Shown: piece by piece, positions 1-9,757 of the stretch
How the letters are laid out: every line of letters begins with the position of its first letter
How positions within the stretch are numbered: position 1 is the stretch's first letter
DNA from: a virus
Strand: one strand, 5' to 3'
IMG/VR virus record: IMGVR_UViG_3300020056_000007
DNA length: 64,000 nucleotides
Made by a program: the position numbers and the translations under genes
Notes under the pieces: generated by a model
Told to the model about the DNA's origin: nothing
The model's input: the letters and a program-made list of their open reading frames with translations, nothing else
The model's database searches: none

Positions 1-353
1 AAATATTTTTTGTATCTGGACAAACACACACTGAAGATAGAGAAGCAATTCGTAAAATAGTGGAGAAACAACATGGCGCTATTATTGTTGCAAGTCTTGG
101 TACCTTTAGTACTGGTATTAATATTCGTAATCTGCATAATATCGTATTTGCTAGTCCGTCAAAATCCCAGATACGTGTTTTACAATCTATCGGAAGAGGA
201 CTCAGACAAAGTGAAGACGGATCAATAACTAAATTATATGATATTATAGATAATATTACAGGCAAAAATTTTGCATTTACACATGGTGATGAAAGATTAA
301 AAATTTATAATAATGAACAATTTAACTATAAAAATTATAAGGTTTATTTATGA
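1..353 (+). CDS. uvsW: UvsW-like SF2 helicase, C-terminal part (gene starts before the window)
   Basis: Helicase motifs STGINI and QSIGRGLR; position upstream of gp55 as in T4-like phages. Confidence 0.9.
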   Translation, partial: IFFVSGQTHTEDREAIRKIVEKQHGAIIVASLGTFSTGINIRNLHNIVFASPSKSQIRVLQSIGRGLRQSEDGSITKLYDIIDNITGKNFAFTHGDERLKIYNNEQFNYKNYKVYL

Positions 354-820
354 GTGATTTACAAATCAAGCATTTTAAATTAGCGAACAACGATGAAATT
401 ATATGCGAAGTTTTAGAGTGGAATTCTGAAAACGACGCAGCGCTAGTTATACGTTCTTGTTTAAAAATCATTCAACTTGAAGATTTCCAACGTGGTGTTA
501 GATTCTATGCATTTAGGCCATGGTTATCTTTTAATGATGATCCTGCTGAAATACATGTAATTAATTCAGATCATATTATTGCACAGTCAAATCCTTCTAA
601 TGAGCTTTTGGACCATTATGCTAAAACAATTGTGTCTATTAATAAATCATTAAATGATAGAAAGATAGATATTCCTTTAGATGAAATGGCAGATAGATTA
701 GAAAGTATGTCAGAAGAAGGATTTGAAAACTATATGGAAAGTTTAACTAAAAAATATAATGATGACGATTCAAATTTTGAAAATGTTATTAGATTTCCCG
801 ATAAATCTAAATTACATTAA
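350..820 (+). CDS. Hypothetical protein between uvsW and gp55 (possible Sm-like N-terminus)
   Basis: 156-aa ORF overlapping the uvsW stop; FKLxNxDEIIC start. Confidence 0.6.
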   Translation: MSDLQIKHFKLANNDEIICEVLEWNSENDAALVIRSCLKIIQLEDFQRGVRFYAFRPWLSFNDDPAEIHVINSDHIIAQSNPSNELLDHYAKTIVSINKSLNDRKIDIPLDEMADRLESMSEEGFENYMESLTKKYNDDDSNFENVIRFPDKSKLH

Positions 821-855
821 CGAGCGGTATTCCTCCCTCTCCCTAACTACAGTTA

Positions 856-889
856 ATTCTACCATATTTTTTACAGTTTGTACACCGTT
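856..889 (-). promoter_or_regulatory. Leftward (antisense) early-type promoter
   Basis: Minus strand reads aacgg-TGTACA-17 bp-TAGAAT with tgg before the -10, matching the window's early promoter consensus. Confidence 0.7.
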
Positions 890-919
890 ATTTTTTTAAC
901 TTAAATGAAAGTTTATTTG

Positions 920-948
920 TTTACAAAATTATATAAATTTGATAGAAT
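920..948 (+). promoter_or_regulatory. Early-type promoter for gp55 operon
   Basis: TTTACA 920-925, 17 bp, TAGAAT 943-948. Confidence 0.7.
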
Positions 949-959
949 ATAATTATTGA

Positions 960-1565
960 TTGGAGTATATTATGCCAAGGAAAAAAAGTATCCATTACGT
1001 TAATAACGCTGATTTTTCACAAGCAGTAGTGGATTATGTTACGTTAGTAAATGAATCTAAATTAAATAATGAATCTATACCTTTGGTTCCAGATTACATA
1101 GCACAATGTTTTTTAAGAATAGCACAAGGGTTATCTCATAAGTCTAATTTTATTAGATATACATATCGTGAAGAAATGGTTATGGACGCGGTAGAAAATT
1201 GTTTAAAAGCTATAGGTAATTATGATTTAGCAACCGCAACACGAACAGGTAAACCAAATGCATTTGCGTATTTTACTCAAATATCTTGGTATGCTTTCCT
1301 TAGGCGTATTGCTAAAGAAAAGAAACAACAAGACATTAAATTAAAATATTTGACTCAATCCGGTGTTGATATGTTTATTGATGTCAGTGATGATGAGACT
1401 GCTAATTATGTGGCTGGAGCGTTTGTGGAAACATTGCGTGATCGTATCGATAAAGTACGACAAAGTGATACTCAATTTAAAGAATATGCTAAAGAAGAAA
1501 AACAAAAAAATAAAAAGAAAAAAATGAATCATACAGATTCTGATTTAGATGAGTTTATGAAATGA
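960..1565 (+). CDS. 55: Late transcription sigma factor gp55
   Basis: HYVNN, NFIRYTYREEMVMDAVENC, NAFAYFTQI, AFLRRIAKEKKQ motifs; likely start is ATG near 972. Confidence 0.95.
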   Translation: MEYIMPRKKSIHYVNNADFSQAVVDYVTLVNESKLNNESIPLVPDYIAQCFLRIAQGLSHKSNFIRYTYREEMVMDAVENCLKAIGNYDLATATRTGKPNAFAYFTQISWYAFLRRIAKEKKQQDIKLKYLTQSGVDMFIDVSDDETANYVAGAFVETLRDRIDKVRQSDTQFKEYAKEEKQKNKKKKMNHTDSDLDEFMK

Positions 1566-2026
1566 AAATATTAGTCATGGGTTTACCAGGAAGCGGTAAA
1601 ACCTGGTTAGCAAAAGGTTTACAATATCATTTAAAAGCAGGATGGATTAATGCTGATGTTGTAAGAAAAATGGCGAATGATTATGAATTTTCAGAACAAG
1701 CTAGAATTAGACAAGCATTAAGAATAAAAAACATTGCAGACTTTGAAATAGCTAATGGAAAAGATATTATAGTTGCTGATTTTGTATGTCCTACTAAACT
1801 AACAAGATCTATATTTAATGCTCATTTTACAATATGGATGAATACTATTAGTCATAGTAAATATGAAGATACTAATTTACTTTTTGAAAAACCAATTAAT
1901 TATGATATAAGGATAGATGAATGGATTGGACCAGACCAACTGGGCAAATGCTTGGAAGATTTCAGCCGTGGCACGAAGGTCACTTATCACTCTTTAAAAG
2001 AATCCATGAAGATTCTGGGCAAGTAA
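1562..2026 (+). CDS. P-loop kinase, adenylylsulfate (APS) kinase-like
   Basis: GLPGSGKT Walker A, NADVVR, ADFVCP. Confidence 0.7.
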   Translation: MKILVMGLPGSGKTWLAKGLQYHLKAGWINADVVRKMANDYEFSEQARIRQALRIKNIADFEIANGKDIIVADFVCPTKLTRSIFNAHFTIWMNTISHSKYEDTNLLFEKPINYDIRIDEWIGPDQLGKCLEDFSRGTKVTYHSLKESMKILGK

Positions 2027-2277
2027 TTGTTCAAATAAGAAACGTTGAAATAGATGCCAATAACCCATACGATACTAATCAAATAGCATCATTTATATCC
2101 ACTAATTTAAATTTAAATGGGTTTACAGCAGGCATAGATTATGAAATAATGATTGTACCTAATATTGTTAATATTGGTTATGGTAGAGATGTTGGATATA
2201 GTTTTACTAAATATTATTTAGGTGAAGATACAGAAAATATTTCAGCCACAAAAATTCGTGCCCAGGAAAATAAATGA
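1921..2277 (+). CDS. HxGH nucleotidyltransferase (cytidylyltransferase/NMNAT-like)
   Basis: GRFQPWHEGH and ISATKIR motifs. Confidence 0.8.
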   Translation: MDWTRPTGQMLGRFQPWHEGHLSLFKRIHEDSGQVIVQIRNVEIDANNPYDTNQIASFISTNLNLNGFTAGIDYEIMIVPNIVNIGYGRDVGYSFTKYYLGEDTENISATKIRAQENK

Positions 2278-3335
2278 AAATAGCTATATTAAATGATACC
2301 CATTGTGGTATTCGTAACTCATCAGAAATATTTTTAAAAAATGCGCAAGATTTTTATGATAATGTCTTTTTTCCAGAATGCGATAAACATGATATTAAGC
2401 AAATCGTTCACTTGGGCGATTACTATGATCATCGTAAGTTTGTTAATTTTAAAGCTCTCAATCATAATCGTAAACATTTCTTAGATGAAATGAGAAATCG
2501 TGGTATGTCCATGGACATTATTCCAGGAAACCATGATGTGTTTTATAAAAATACAAATGATCTAAATGCATTAAAGGAGTGCTTAGGACATTATATGAAT
2601 GAAATCCATATTATTATGGAACCTACTGTAATGGAATATGGATCCCTTAAAATGGCGTTACTACCTTGGATTACTCAAGATAATTATGATAAGTCTATGA
2701 ATTTTATTCATGATTGTAAAGCAGATTGGCTTGGTTCACACCTTGAACTCACTGGTTTTGAAATGATGAGAGGTGTAACTAATCAGCATGGTATGGACCC
2801 AAAAATATTTAAAAAGTTTGAACAAGTACTTACTGGTCATTATCATGTAGGATCTAAAAAAGATAACATTTGGTATCTTGGATCACAAATGGAATTTTTC
2901 TGGTCTGATGCTGGTGATAAAAAATATTTTCATATTCTTGATACTGAAACTCGTGAAATAACACGCATTCATAATCCATATACATTATTTCATCGTATAT
3001 TATATAATGATGACAAACAAGATTATACCAATTACGATGTGTCACAGCTTAATAATAAGTTTGTAAAAATTGTTGTGATTTCAAAAAATGACGGGTTTAC
3101 ATTTGACCGATTTGTTGATAGAATACAAAATCAAGATATATATGAATTAAAGATCTCAGAAAACTTTAGTGAGTTTGTGGGTGAGAATGTAGATGATGAT
3201 GGTTTACGTGTTGAAGAAACATCGGAGTTAGTTGATGACTATATTGATGGCGTTGATACTGAACTGGATAAAGACAAAATTAAAATCCAAATGCGTGAAT
3301 TAATGACAGAGGCACAGGCACTAGAATTAGCATGA
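2274..3335 (+). CDS. 47: Recombination endonuclease subunit gp47 (Mre11-like)
   Basis: DTHCG, LGDYYD, GNHD, GHYH metallophosphoesterase motifs. Confidence 0.95.
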   Translation: MKIAILNDTHCGIRNSSEIFLKNAQDFYDNVFFPECDKHDIKQIVHLGDYYDHRKFVNFKALNHNRKHFLDEMRNRGMSMDIIPGNHDVFYKNTNDLNALKECLGHYMNEIHIIMEPTVMEYGSLKMALLPWITQDNYDKSMNFIHDCKADWLGSHLELTGFEMMRGVTNQHGMDPKIFKKFEQVLTGHYHVGSKKDNIWYLGSQMEFFWSDAGDKKYFHILDTETREITRIHNPYTLFHRILYNDDKQDYTNYDVSQLNNKFVKIVVISKNDGFTFDRFVDRIQNQDIYELKISENFSEFVGENVDDDGLRVEETSELVDDYIDGVDTELDKDKIKIQMRELMTEAQALELA

Positions 3336-5044
3336 TATTATTTAAAGCTGTCCGGTGGAAGAACTTCCTTAGCACCGGAAACTCATTTACCGAAATTGAT
3401 TTGCGTCGAGTAAAACATACACTTGTAGTAGGACATAATGGGTCTGGCAAATCTACAATGTTAGATGCAATCTCATTTGGGTTATTTGGCAAACCACATA
3501 GAAGTATTACTAAAAACCAATTAATCAACTCAATTAATCAAAAAGCTTGTATTGTTGAAGTTGAATTTGAAGTTGGTAATTCAGATTTCAAAGTTATTCG
3601 TGGTATTAAACCTAATACATTTGAAATTTGGCGTGATGGTACAATGATAAATCAATCATCACATGCTAAAGAATATCAGAAGATTCTCGAACAAAACATC
3701 CTTAAACTTAATCACAAAAGTTTTCATCAGGTAGTTGTTCTAGGCTCTTCTTCTTTCATTCCATTTATGCAACTACCTGGTGGAATACGAAGAGATGTTA
3801 TCGAGGATCTTCTTGATATAAATGTTTTTTCACGCATGAATTCTTTGTTAAAGGAAAAACAGTCCGCATTGAAAGATAAAACAAAGGATGTGTCATACCA
3901 ATTAGATTTGTTGAGGAATAAAATTGAAACTCAAACTAAATACATCAAAGACGTTAAATTGCTTACAGACCAAGCAGTTGAAAAAAAGTCAGAACAGATT
4001 AAAAGTAATCAACGGGAAATTAACTCACTGCAAACCATTAACACAGACTTATCGGCGGAAGTTGAAAGTACTTCACAGGAAAACAGTAAAACCCTTAAAG
4101 AATTGCACGATAAAAAACAAGCCTTACTTCAATACGGCGGGCAATTTAGGCAGCAAATGGGACAAGTTGCGAAAGACGCAAAATTTTATGAAGATAATGA
4201 AAATTGCCCAACGTGTTCCCAAAATATTAGTGAAGAACTTAGACAATCCAAAATGGAAACCTCTAAAGAAAAAGCAAGAAATCTCAAATCGGCAATGGAT
4301 AAGCTCACTGCAGAGTCGACTGATATTGAACAGAATATTGAAGTTGCAAACGCTAGAGCTGAAGAAATTAGAGAAAAACAATCAACTATACATCATAACA
4401 ATATCACGATTAGTAGGTTACAGAAAGAGATACGAAGTCTCGAAGATGATGTTTCAACCACAGCTGTGGCAGACCTCAATCAAGCGAAAGTAGATTTACA
4501 ATCCTATAAGGAAAGTGAAACGGTATTGCTTGAAGAAAAACTTAAACTCATGGATCAAAATAACTATAATAGCGTTATGAGTGAAATGTTAAAAGATACA
4601 GGAATTAAAACAAAAATAATAAAACAGTATCTTCCCGTTATAAATAAACTTACAAATCAGTACCTACAAGTCCTTGATTTCTTTGTCCACTTTAATTTGG
4701 ATGAATCATTTCAGGAAACTATTAGGTCAAGACATCGTGATGAGTTTACTTATGACTCTTTTAGTGAAGGTGAAAAACAAAGAATCGATTTGTCATTGCT
4801 ATTTACTTGGCGGCAAATAGCAAAGATGAAAAATTCAGTTGCTACTAATCTTCTCATATTAGACGAAACTTTTGACTCATCTCTTGACATTGATGGTGTA
4901 GAAAATCTATTGAAGATTCTCTATACTTTAGGTGATGATACAAATGTATTCGTAATATCCCACAAAGGAGATATCCTTGATAACAAGTTTGAAGCTAAAA
5001 TTGAATTTAAGAAAGAAAAGAATTTTAGTAAAATGGCAGCATAA
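3332..5044 (+). CDS. 46: Recombination ATPase gp46 (Rad50-like)
   Basis: GHNGSGKST, CPTC zinc hook, FSEGEK signature, LILDE Walker B. Confidence 0.95.
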   Translation: MILFKAVRWKNFLSTGNSFTEIDLRRVKHTLVVGHNGSGKSTMLDAISFGLFGKPHRSITKNQLINSINQKACIVEVEFEVGNSDFKVIRGIKPNTFEIWRDGTMINQSSHAKEYQKILEQNILKLNHKSFHQVVVLGSSSFIPFMQLPGGIRRDVIEDLLDINVFSRMNSLLKEKQSALKDKTKDVSYQLDLLRNKIETQTKYIKDVKLLTDQAVEKKSEQIKSNQREINSLQTINTDLSAEVESTSQENSKTLKELHDKKQALLQYGGQFRQQMGQVAKDAKFYEDNENCPTCSQNISEELRQSKMETSKEKARNLKSAMDKLTAESTDIEQNIEVANARAEEIREKQSTIHHNNITISRLQKEIRSLEDDVSTTAVADLNQAKVDLQSYKESETVLLEEKLKLMDQNNYNSVMSEMLKDTGIKTKIIKQYLPVINKLTNQYLQVLDFFVHFNLDESFQETIRSRHRDEFTYDSFSEGEKQRIDLSLLFTWRQIAKMKNSVATNLLILDETFDSSLDIDGVENLLKILYTLGDDTNVFVISHKGDILDNKFEAKIEFKKEKNFSKMAA

Positions 5045-5047
5045 TGG

Positions 5048-5076
5048 TTTACAAATCGAGTAAAAAGTGTTATAAT
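5048..5076 (+). promoter_or_regulatory. Early-type promoter for gp45
   Basis: gTTTACA-17-TATAAT. Confidence 0.7.
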
Positions 5077-5104
5077 ATATTAATAATGAAACTGGAGCTA
5101 TATA

Positions 5105-5782
5105 ATGGAACTATCTGAAAATACTCTAAATGTTATGAAAAATTTTTCTAGCATTAATTCAAATATTATGATTCGCGCAGGCAATGTACTTAAATCTATG
5201 AGCGAAGCACGTAATGTATTATCGCGTGCTGAAGTTGCCGAATCATTTTCAAAAGATTTTGGAATTTATGATCTTAATGAATTTATCAGCGTGCTTGGTT
5301 TAGTTGATGTACCTCGTCTAAATTTTGATGACGAATACGTAACTATTTCTGATTCTACTGGTAGATCCAAAGTAAAGTATTTCTTCTCACCTGAAGAAAC
5401 TCTTACTACCCCACAAAAGGATGTTACTATGCCGGCTGTGGATGTTTCATTTGTTCTTACAAATGAAACACTTAATAAGCTTAGACGAGCTTCATCAGCA
5501 CTTGGTCATTCTGAAGTGTCCATTACTAATAATAATGGTGTTTTAAATTTATCAATTGTTGATACAAAAAACTCTACATCTAATACATTTTCAATTGATG
5601 TGGATGGCGAGTTTCCGCAAGACTCTAAATTTAATTTTATTTTAGGTATTGCTAATCTTAAAATTCTACCTGGTGATTATCAAGTAGATATTTCTTCAAA
5701 ATTAATCACGCAATTCAGCCATAAAGAAATGAACGTTCAATATTGGATTGCATTAGAAAAATCCTCAACATATGGAGTATAA
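5105..5782 (+). CDS. 45: Sliding clamp gp45
   Basis: LSENTLNVMKNFSSIN, FGIYDLNEF, YWIALE; T4 synteny. Confidence 0.95.
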   Translation: MELSENTLNVMKNFSSINSNIMIRAGNVLKSMSEARNVLSRAEVAESFSKDFGIYDLNEFISVLGLVDVPRLNFDDEYVTISDSTGRSKVKYFFSPEETLTTPQKDVTMPAVDVSFVLTNETLNKLRRASSALGHSEVSITNNNGVLNLSIVDTKNSTSNTFSIDVDGEFPQDSKFNFILGIANLKILPGDYQVDISSKLITQFSHKEMNVQYWIALEKSSTYGV

Positions 5783-5785
5783 TCT

Positions 5786-6007
5786 ATGACGTCAGAACTA
5801 TATATGCAGTTAAGAGACAATGCTAATAAAGCATCTCGTTCAACTGTAGCCGTAATTGATGCAATGACTCAACGCGGCGCATTTAAGGGAGAAGAACTCT
5901 CAACCATTGGTCAATTGCGCGATCAATGTATTTTTATTATCCAAACTTCTGAGCAAATTGAGCAAGAAGAACAAATGGATGACGGTGAAGAAAAAGGTAA
6001 AAAATAA
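5786..6007 (+). CDS. Hypothetical protein
   Basis: 73-aa ORF with GGAG RBS; IDAMTQRGAFKGEEL. Confidence 0.6.
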   Translation: MTSELYMQLRDNANKASRSTVAVIDAMTQRGAFKGEELSTIGQLRDQCIFIIQTSEQIEQEEQMDDGEEKGKK

Positions 6008-6036
6008 TTTACATTCCTGATTTTTTGTGATATAAT
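6008..6036 (+). promoter_or_regulatory. Early-type promoter for gp44
   Basis: TTTACA-17-TATAAT. Confidence 0.65.
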
Positions 6037-6056
6037 TTTTATAATGGAGAATGTAA

Positions 6057-6995
6057 ATGAATACCGAATTTCTATGGGTTGAAAAATATCGCCCACAAAC
6101 TGTGGAAGACACTATACTTCCACAGTCACTTAAAGAAGATCTACAAGCTATTGTAGATAGTGGTGAACTACCAAATATGCTATTCACTGGCACCGCTGGT
6201 CTTGGTAAAACAACAGCAGCGGTTGCCATGTGTAAGCAACTTGGATTAGACTATATTATTATAAACGCTTCTCAAAGTGGTAATATAGACACACTAAGAA
6301 CTACCTTACAACAATTTGCTAGCACTGTTTCACTTCAAGGTGGATATAAAGTTATCATCTTAGATGAAGCAGATTATCTTAATGCTCAATCTACCCAACC
6401 GGCTCTTCGTGGTTTTATTGAAGAATTTTCAAATAATTGTAGATTTATTCTTACATGCAATTTTAAAAATCGTATAATTGAACCATTGCATTCCCGATGT
6501 GCAGTGTTTGAATTTAATGTTTCAAAGAAAAACCTTCAACCTCTTTGTGCCAAATTTATGAAAAGACTTATATATATCCTTGACACCGAAGGTGTTGGAT
6601 ATGATCAACAGGCTATTGTAGATATGATCATGAGATATGCACCAGATTGGAGAAGAGTTTTAAATGAATGCCAACGATTTTCTGCTACCGGTTCTATTCG
6701 TAGCATTTCTGGGTCAAGTATTGGCTCTAATTCATTTGACGATCTCATAACTTATTTGAAGTCAAAAGACTTTAAGAAAATGAGAAAATGGGTTTCTGAT
6801 AATATGGACATGGATGCATCAAGTATTTTCCGTGGTATCTATGATAATATGTATGAAAAAGTTTCTCCTCAATCTATTCCACAAATAGTTCTTATCCTTG
6901 CTGATTATCAATATAAGAATGCATTTGTTGCTGATCACGAACTTAATGTTGTTGCTTGTATGACAGAAATTATGGCTAATGTGGAATTTGTATAA
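6057..6995 (+). CDS. 44: Clamp loader large subunit gp44
   Basis: LWVEKYRP, GTAGLGKTT, DEAD, SRC motifs. Confidence 0.95.
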   Translation: MNTEFLWVEKYRPQTVEDTILPQSLKEDLQAIVDSGELPNMLFTGTAGLGKTTAAVAMCKQLGLDYIIINASQSGNIDTLRTTLQQFASTVSLQGGYKVIILDEADYLNAQSTQPALRGFIEEFSNNCRFILTCNFKNRIIEPLHSRCAVFEFNVSKKNLQPLCAKFMKRLIYILDTEGVGYDQQAIVDMIMRYAPDWRRVLNECQRFSATGSIRSISGSSIGSNSFDDLITYLKSKDFKKMRKWVSDNMDMDASSIFRGIYDNMYEKVSPQSIPQIVLILADYQYKNAFVADHELNVVACMTEIMANVEFV

Positions 6996-7985
6996 ATGCG
7001 TATTGAAGAAGATATTAAATTAGATTATAGTGATGTTTTAATTAGACCGAAGAGATCAACAATTTCTTCACGGTATGATGTTAAAATGACACGTACATAT
7101 AAATTTAAACATTCTAAGAAAGAATGGACTGGCATTCCTATTATGGCTGCAAATATGGATACCGTTGGTACACCAGAAATGCATGAAGCTTTATCAGAAT
7201 ATGATATGATTACATGCCCAGCTAGACATTATCTTAAAAATAATCTTACAGCATTTGAAAGTAATAATACATGTATGATGGGCGGTTTAGATGATGTATC
7301 AACGCTTATTGCGCATAACTTAAAATGGGATTTTATTGGAATTGATGTTGCTAATGGATATACAATTTCAGTAATTGAAGCTGTTAAGTCTTTACGCCAT
7401 CATGTTCCAGATGCAACAATAGTCGTAGGTAATGTTGTTACTGCTGAAATGACACAAGAGTTGATTCTTGCTGGTGCTGATATTATTAAAATTGGTGTTG
7501 GACCAGGCTCTGTGTGTACTACAAGAATTAAAACTGGTGTAGGTTATCCTCAATTATCTGCAGTAATGGAATGTGCGGATGCTGCTCATGGTATGGGTGC
7601 TCATATTATTGCTGATGGTGGATGTACTTCATCTGGAGATATAGTTAAAGCCTTTGCGGCTGGAGCTGATTTCGTTATGATTGGTGGAATATTAGCTGGT
7701 CATGATGAATGCGATGGAGAAATTCTTGATGGTAAAATGAAATTTTATGGTATGGCTTCTGAATCAGCAATGGATAGACATAATATACCTCATAGAGAAT
7801 ATAGAGGTGTAGAAGGTAAAACGGTAGAAGTAGATTATAAAGGACCAGTTAAAAACACTATAATTGATATGTTATCAGGAATTAGATCGGCTTGTACTTA
7901 TATCGGTGCAACAAAATTAAAATACCTATCTAAATGTAGTACATTCATTAAAGTAAATAATACACATAATAGGATTTATGAATGA
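6996..7985 (+). CDS. guaC: GMP reductase
   Basis: [49 protein letters not shown]. Confidence 0.92.
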   Translation: MRIEEDIKLDYSDVLIRPKRSTISSRYDVKMTRTYKFKHSKKEWTGIPIMAANMDTVGTPEMHEALSEYDMITCPARHYLKNNLTAFESNNTCMMGGLDDVSTLIAHNLKWDFIGIDVANGYTISVIEAVKSLRHHVPDATIVVGNVVTAEMTQELILAGADIIKIGVGPGSVCTTRIKTGVGYPQLSAVMECADAAHGMGAHIIADGGCTSSGDIVKAFAAGADFVMIGGILAGHDECDGEILDGKMKFYGMASESAMDRHNIPHREYRGVEGKTVEVDYKGPVKNTIIDMLSGIRSACTYIGATKLKYLSKCSTFIKVNNTHNRIYE

Positions 7986-8359
7986 ATCCCTTTGATTTTT
8001 TAAATGAAATAAATTATGGAAAAAATAATATCATAGTTGATGATATTACTGAAGGTCAATATAATCCTTTTATGATTAATCGTGGTTTATCTTATTTTGC
8101 TGATACTGTTTTAATAGCAAATGAAATGAATCGTTATGCTCATCTTGACAATAAGTTACAAAACGACTTTTTTATAAATATAGTTAGAAAGAAAAAACGT
8201 TTCTCAAAATGGAATAAACCTGAGAACGAAAGTGACGTGGAAGTTGTCAAGGAATATTATGGTTATAATAATGAAAAAGCAAGACAAGCCTTGACCCTTC
8301 TCACAAAAGAACAAATAAATGAATTGAGAAAAAAGGTGTATAAAGGTGGAAGAAAATAA
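7982..8359 (+). CDS. 62: Clamp loader small subunit gp62
   Basis: YNPFMINRGLS, RKKKRFSKW, KEYYGY. Confidence 0.9.
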   Translation: MNPFDFLNEINYGKNNIIVDDITEGQYNPFMINRGLSYFADTVLIANEMNRYAHLDNKLQNDFFINIVRKKKRFSKWNKPENESDVEVVKEYYGYNNEKARQALTLLTKEQINELRKKVYKGGRK

Positions 8360-8768
8360 ACTTATTGAGTGGTCTCCAGCAAGTATGTTGGAAATTACTT
8401 TAAATGAGCCAGATGATTTTCTTAAAGTAAAAGAAACATTAACTCGTATTGGTGTAGCATCCAGAAAAGATAATAAATTATATCAATCCTGTCATATTTT
8501 ACATAAACAGGGAAGATACTTTATTGTTCATTTCAAAGAATTATTTTTATTAGATGGGAAAAAATCTAATTTAGAAGAAAACGATTTAGCACGTAGAAAT
8601 ACCATTGCACAATTAATGAGTGATTGGGGCTTAATTTCAATTGAAAGAAAAAAAGTTGAACCATTAGCTCCATTAAGACAAATAAAAATTATTTCATATA
8701 AAGATAAGAATAATTGGGAACTTTGTCCAAAATATAATATAGGCAATAAAAGTGAGAAAGTGGCTTGA
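8346..8768 (+). CDS. regA: Translational repressor RegA
   Basis: DDFLKVKETLTRIG, LYQSCHILHKQGRYFIVHFKELF. Confidence 0.95.
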   Translation: MEENKLIEWSPASMLEITLNEPDDFLKVKETLTRIGVASRKDNKLYQSCHILHKQGRYFIVHFKELFLLDGKKSNLEENDLARRNTIAQLMSDWGLISIERKKVEPLAPLRQIKIISYKDKNNWELCPKYNIGNKSEKVA

Positions 8769-9381
8769 TCGTAATAGTATCAATTTAGATATATCAAACA
8801 AATGCACAATAGAATGTCCAAAATGTATAAGAAATATATTTTCTAATAAAAAAGATATTCCAGGTCATTATATGACTAATAATGAATGGTATAATTATTT
8901 AAATCATTTTGATAATTTTGTATTTTCTGGTCAAATATCTGATCCTATTCTTCATCCCTCATTTGATAAAATATTAAATGATGTTTATAAAAGTAATAAG
9001 AAATGTAGTGTGCACGTTGCTTCAAGTCATAAACCTTCTAAATGGTTTGAAAAATGTTTTAAGGCCAATCCAAATGCTAAATGGATTTTTGGAATAGATG
9101 GTTTACCAAAAGATTCTCATAAGTATAGAATAAATCAAGATGGTGAAAAACTTTTTGATATGATGTTATTATCAAAAGCTTTTGTAAAAGAAACTGTATG
9201 GCAATATATTGTTTTTAAATATAATGAAAACAATATTAAAGAAGCTAATGAAATAGCAAGAAAAAATAATATAACATTTTTACCTTTAATTACTAGTAGA
9301 TTTACTGAAGATGATCCATATAAACCTTCACCTGAATATAGAATGAATCGAAATGACTGGCGAAAAAAAGTGGAATCCTAA
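8752..9381 (+). CDS. Radical SAM protein
   Basis: CTIECPKC (CxxxCxxC), GQISDP, FGIDG. Confidence 0.8.
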   Translation: MRKWLDRNSINLDISNKCTIECPKCIRNIFSNKKDIPGHYMTNNEWYNYLNHFDNFVFSGQISDPILHPSFDKILNDVYKSNKKCSVHVASSHKPSKWFEKCFKANPNAKWIFGIDGLPKDSHKYRINQDGEKLFDMMLLSKAFVKETVWQYIVFKYNENNIKEANEIARKNNITFLPLITSRFTEDDPYKPSPEYRMNRNDWRKKVES

Positions 9382-9667
9382 ATGCTTAACAGAAAATAAA
9401 CCATTTGCATCGACTGCTGATGGTTATCTTATTCCATGTTGTTGGTGTGATAAAGTTTCTCAACACCCCGACTTACCTAAAGATCCTTTATTAGCTGATT
9501 TATTTGATGAAGAATTAAAAACAGAACATAATAGTATTTCGCATATATTAAAAAGTAAACAATGGAAACGATTTTATAAAGCTATAAAACTTGGTTATGA
9601 ATATGCACCTAAAAGATGTCAATATTATTGTTATAGAATAAATGAAATGCAAAAAAAATCTTTATAG
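9353..9667 (+). CDS. Cys-rich SPASM/Twitch-like Fe-S protein
   Basis: C...GYLIPCCWC...CQYYC, directly after the radical SAM gene. Confidence 0.6.
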   Translation: MTGEKKWNPKCLTENKPFASTADGYLIPCCWCDKVSQHPDLPKDPLLADLFDEELKTEHNSISHILKSKQWKRFYKAIKLGYEYAPKRCQYYCYRINEMQKKSL

Positions 9668-9705
9668 GCTATGTACTTTTCATAAACGATAATTATATAT
9701 ATTAT

Positions 9706-9751
9706 ATGGATGCCAATAGTGGGTCCATCTACAACCTTACTTAATAGGAGG
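9706..9751 (+). promoter_or_regulatory. Structured hsp20 leader (ROSE-like RNA thermometer candidate)
   Basis: Hairpin 9706-9728, then CCUUACU-uaau-AGGAGG hairpin pairing with the SD. Confidence 0.45.
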
Positions 9752-9757
9752 TCAAAT

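Noticed and set aside
830-843. CCTCCCTCTCCC as an alphaproteobacterial cuckoo-type anti-SD sRNA on the plus strand
   Set aside because: Single copy with no convincing closing stem; the adjacent promoter points the other way
1921-2026. Programmed frameshift fusing the kinase and nucleotidyltransferase across their 106-nt overlap
   Set aside because: No slippery heptamer was seen, and the second ORF has its own RBS-like sequence and ATG right after an in-frame stop
3924-4493. Long alternative-frame ORF inside gp46, and the many antisense or nested ORFs in the track
   Set aside because: They lie within well-supported genes, with no RBS or recognisable motifs; probably shadow ORFs
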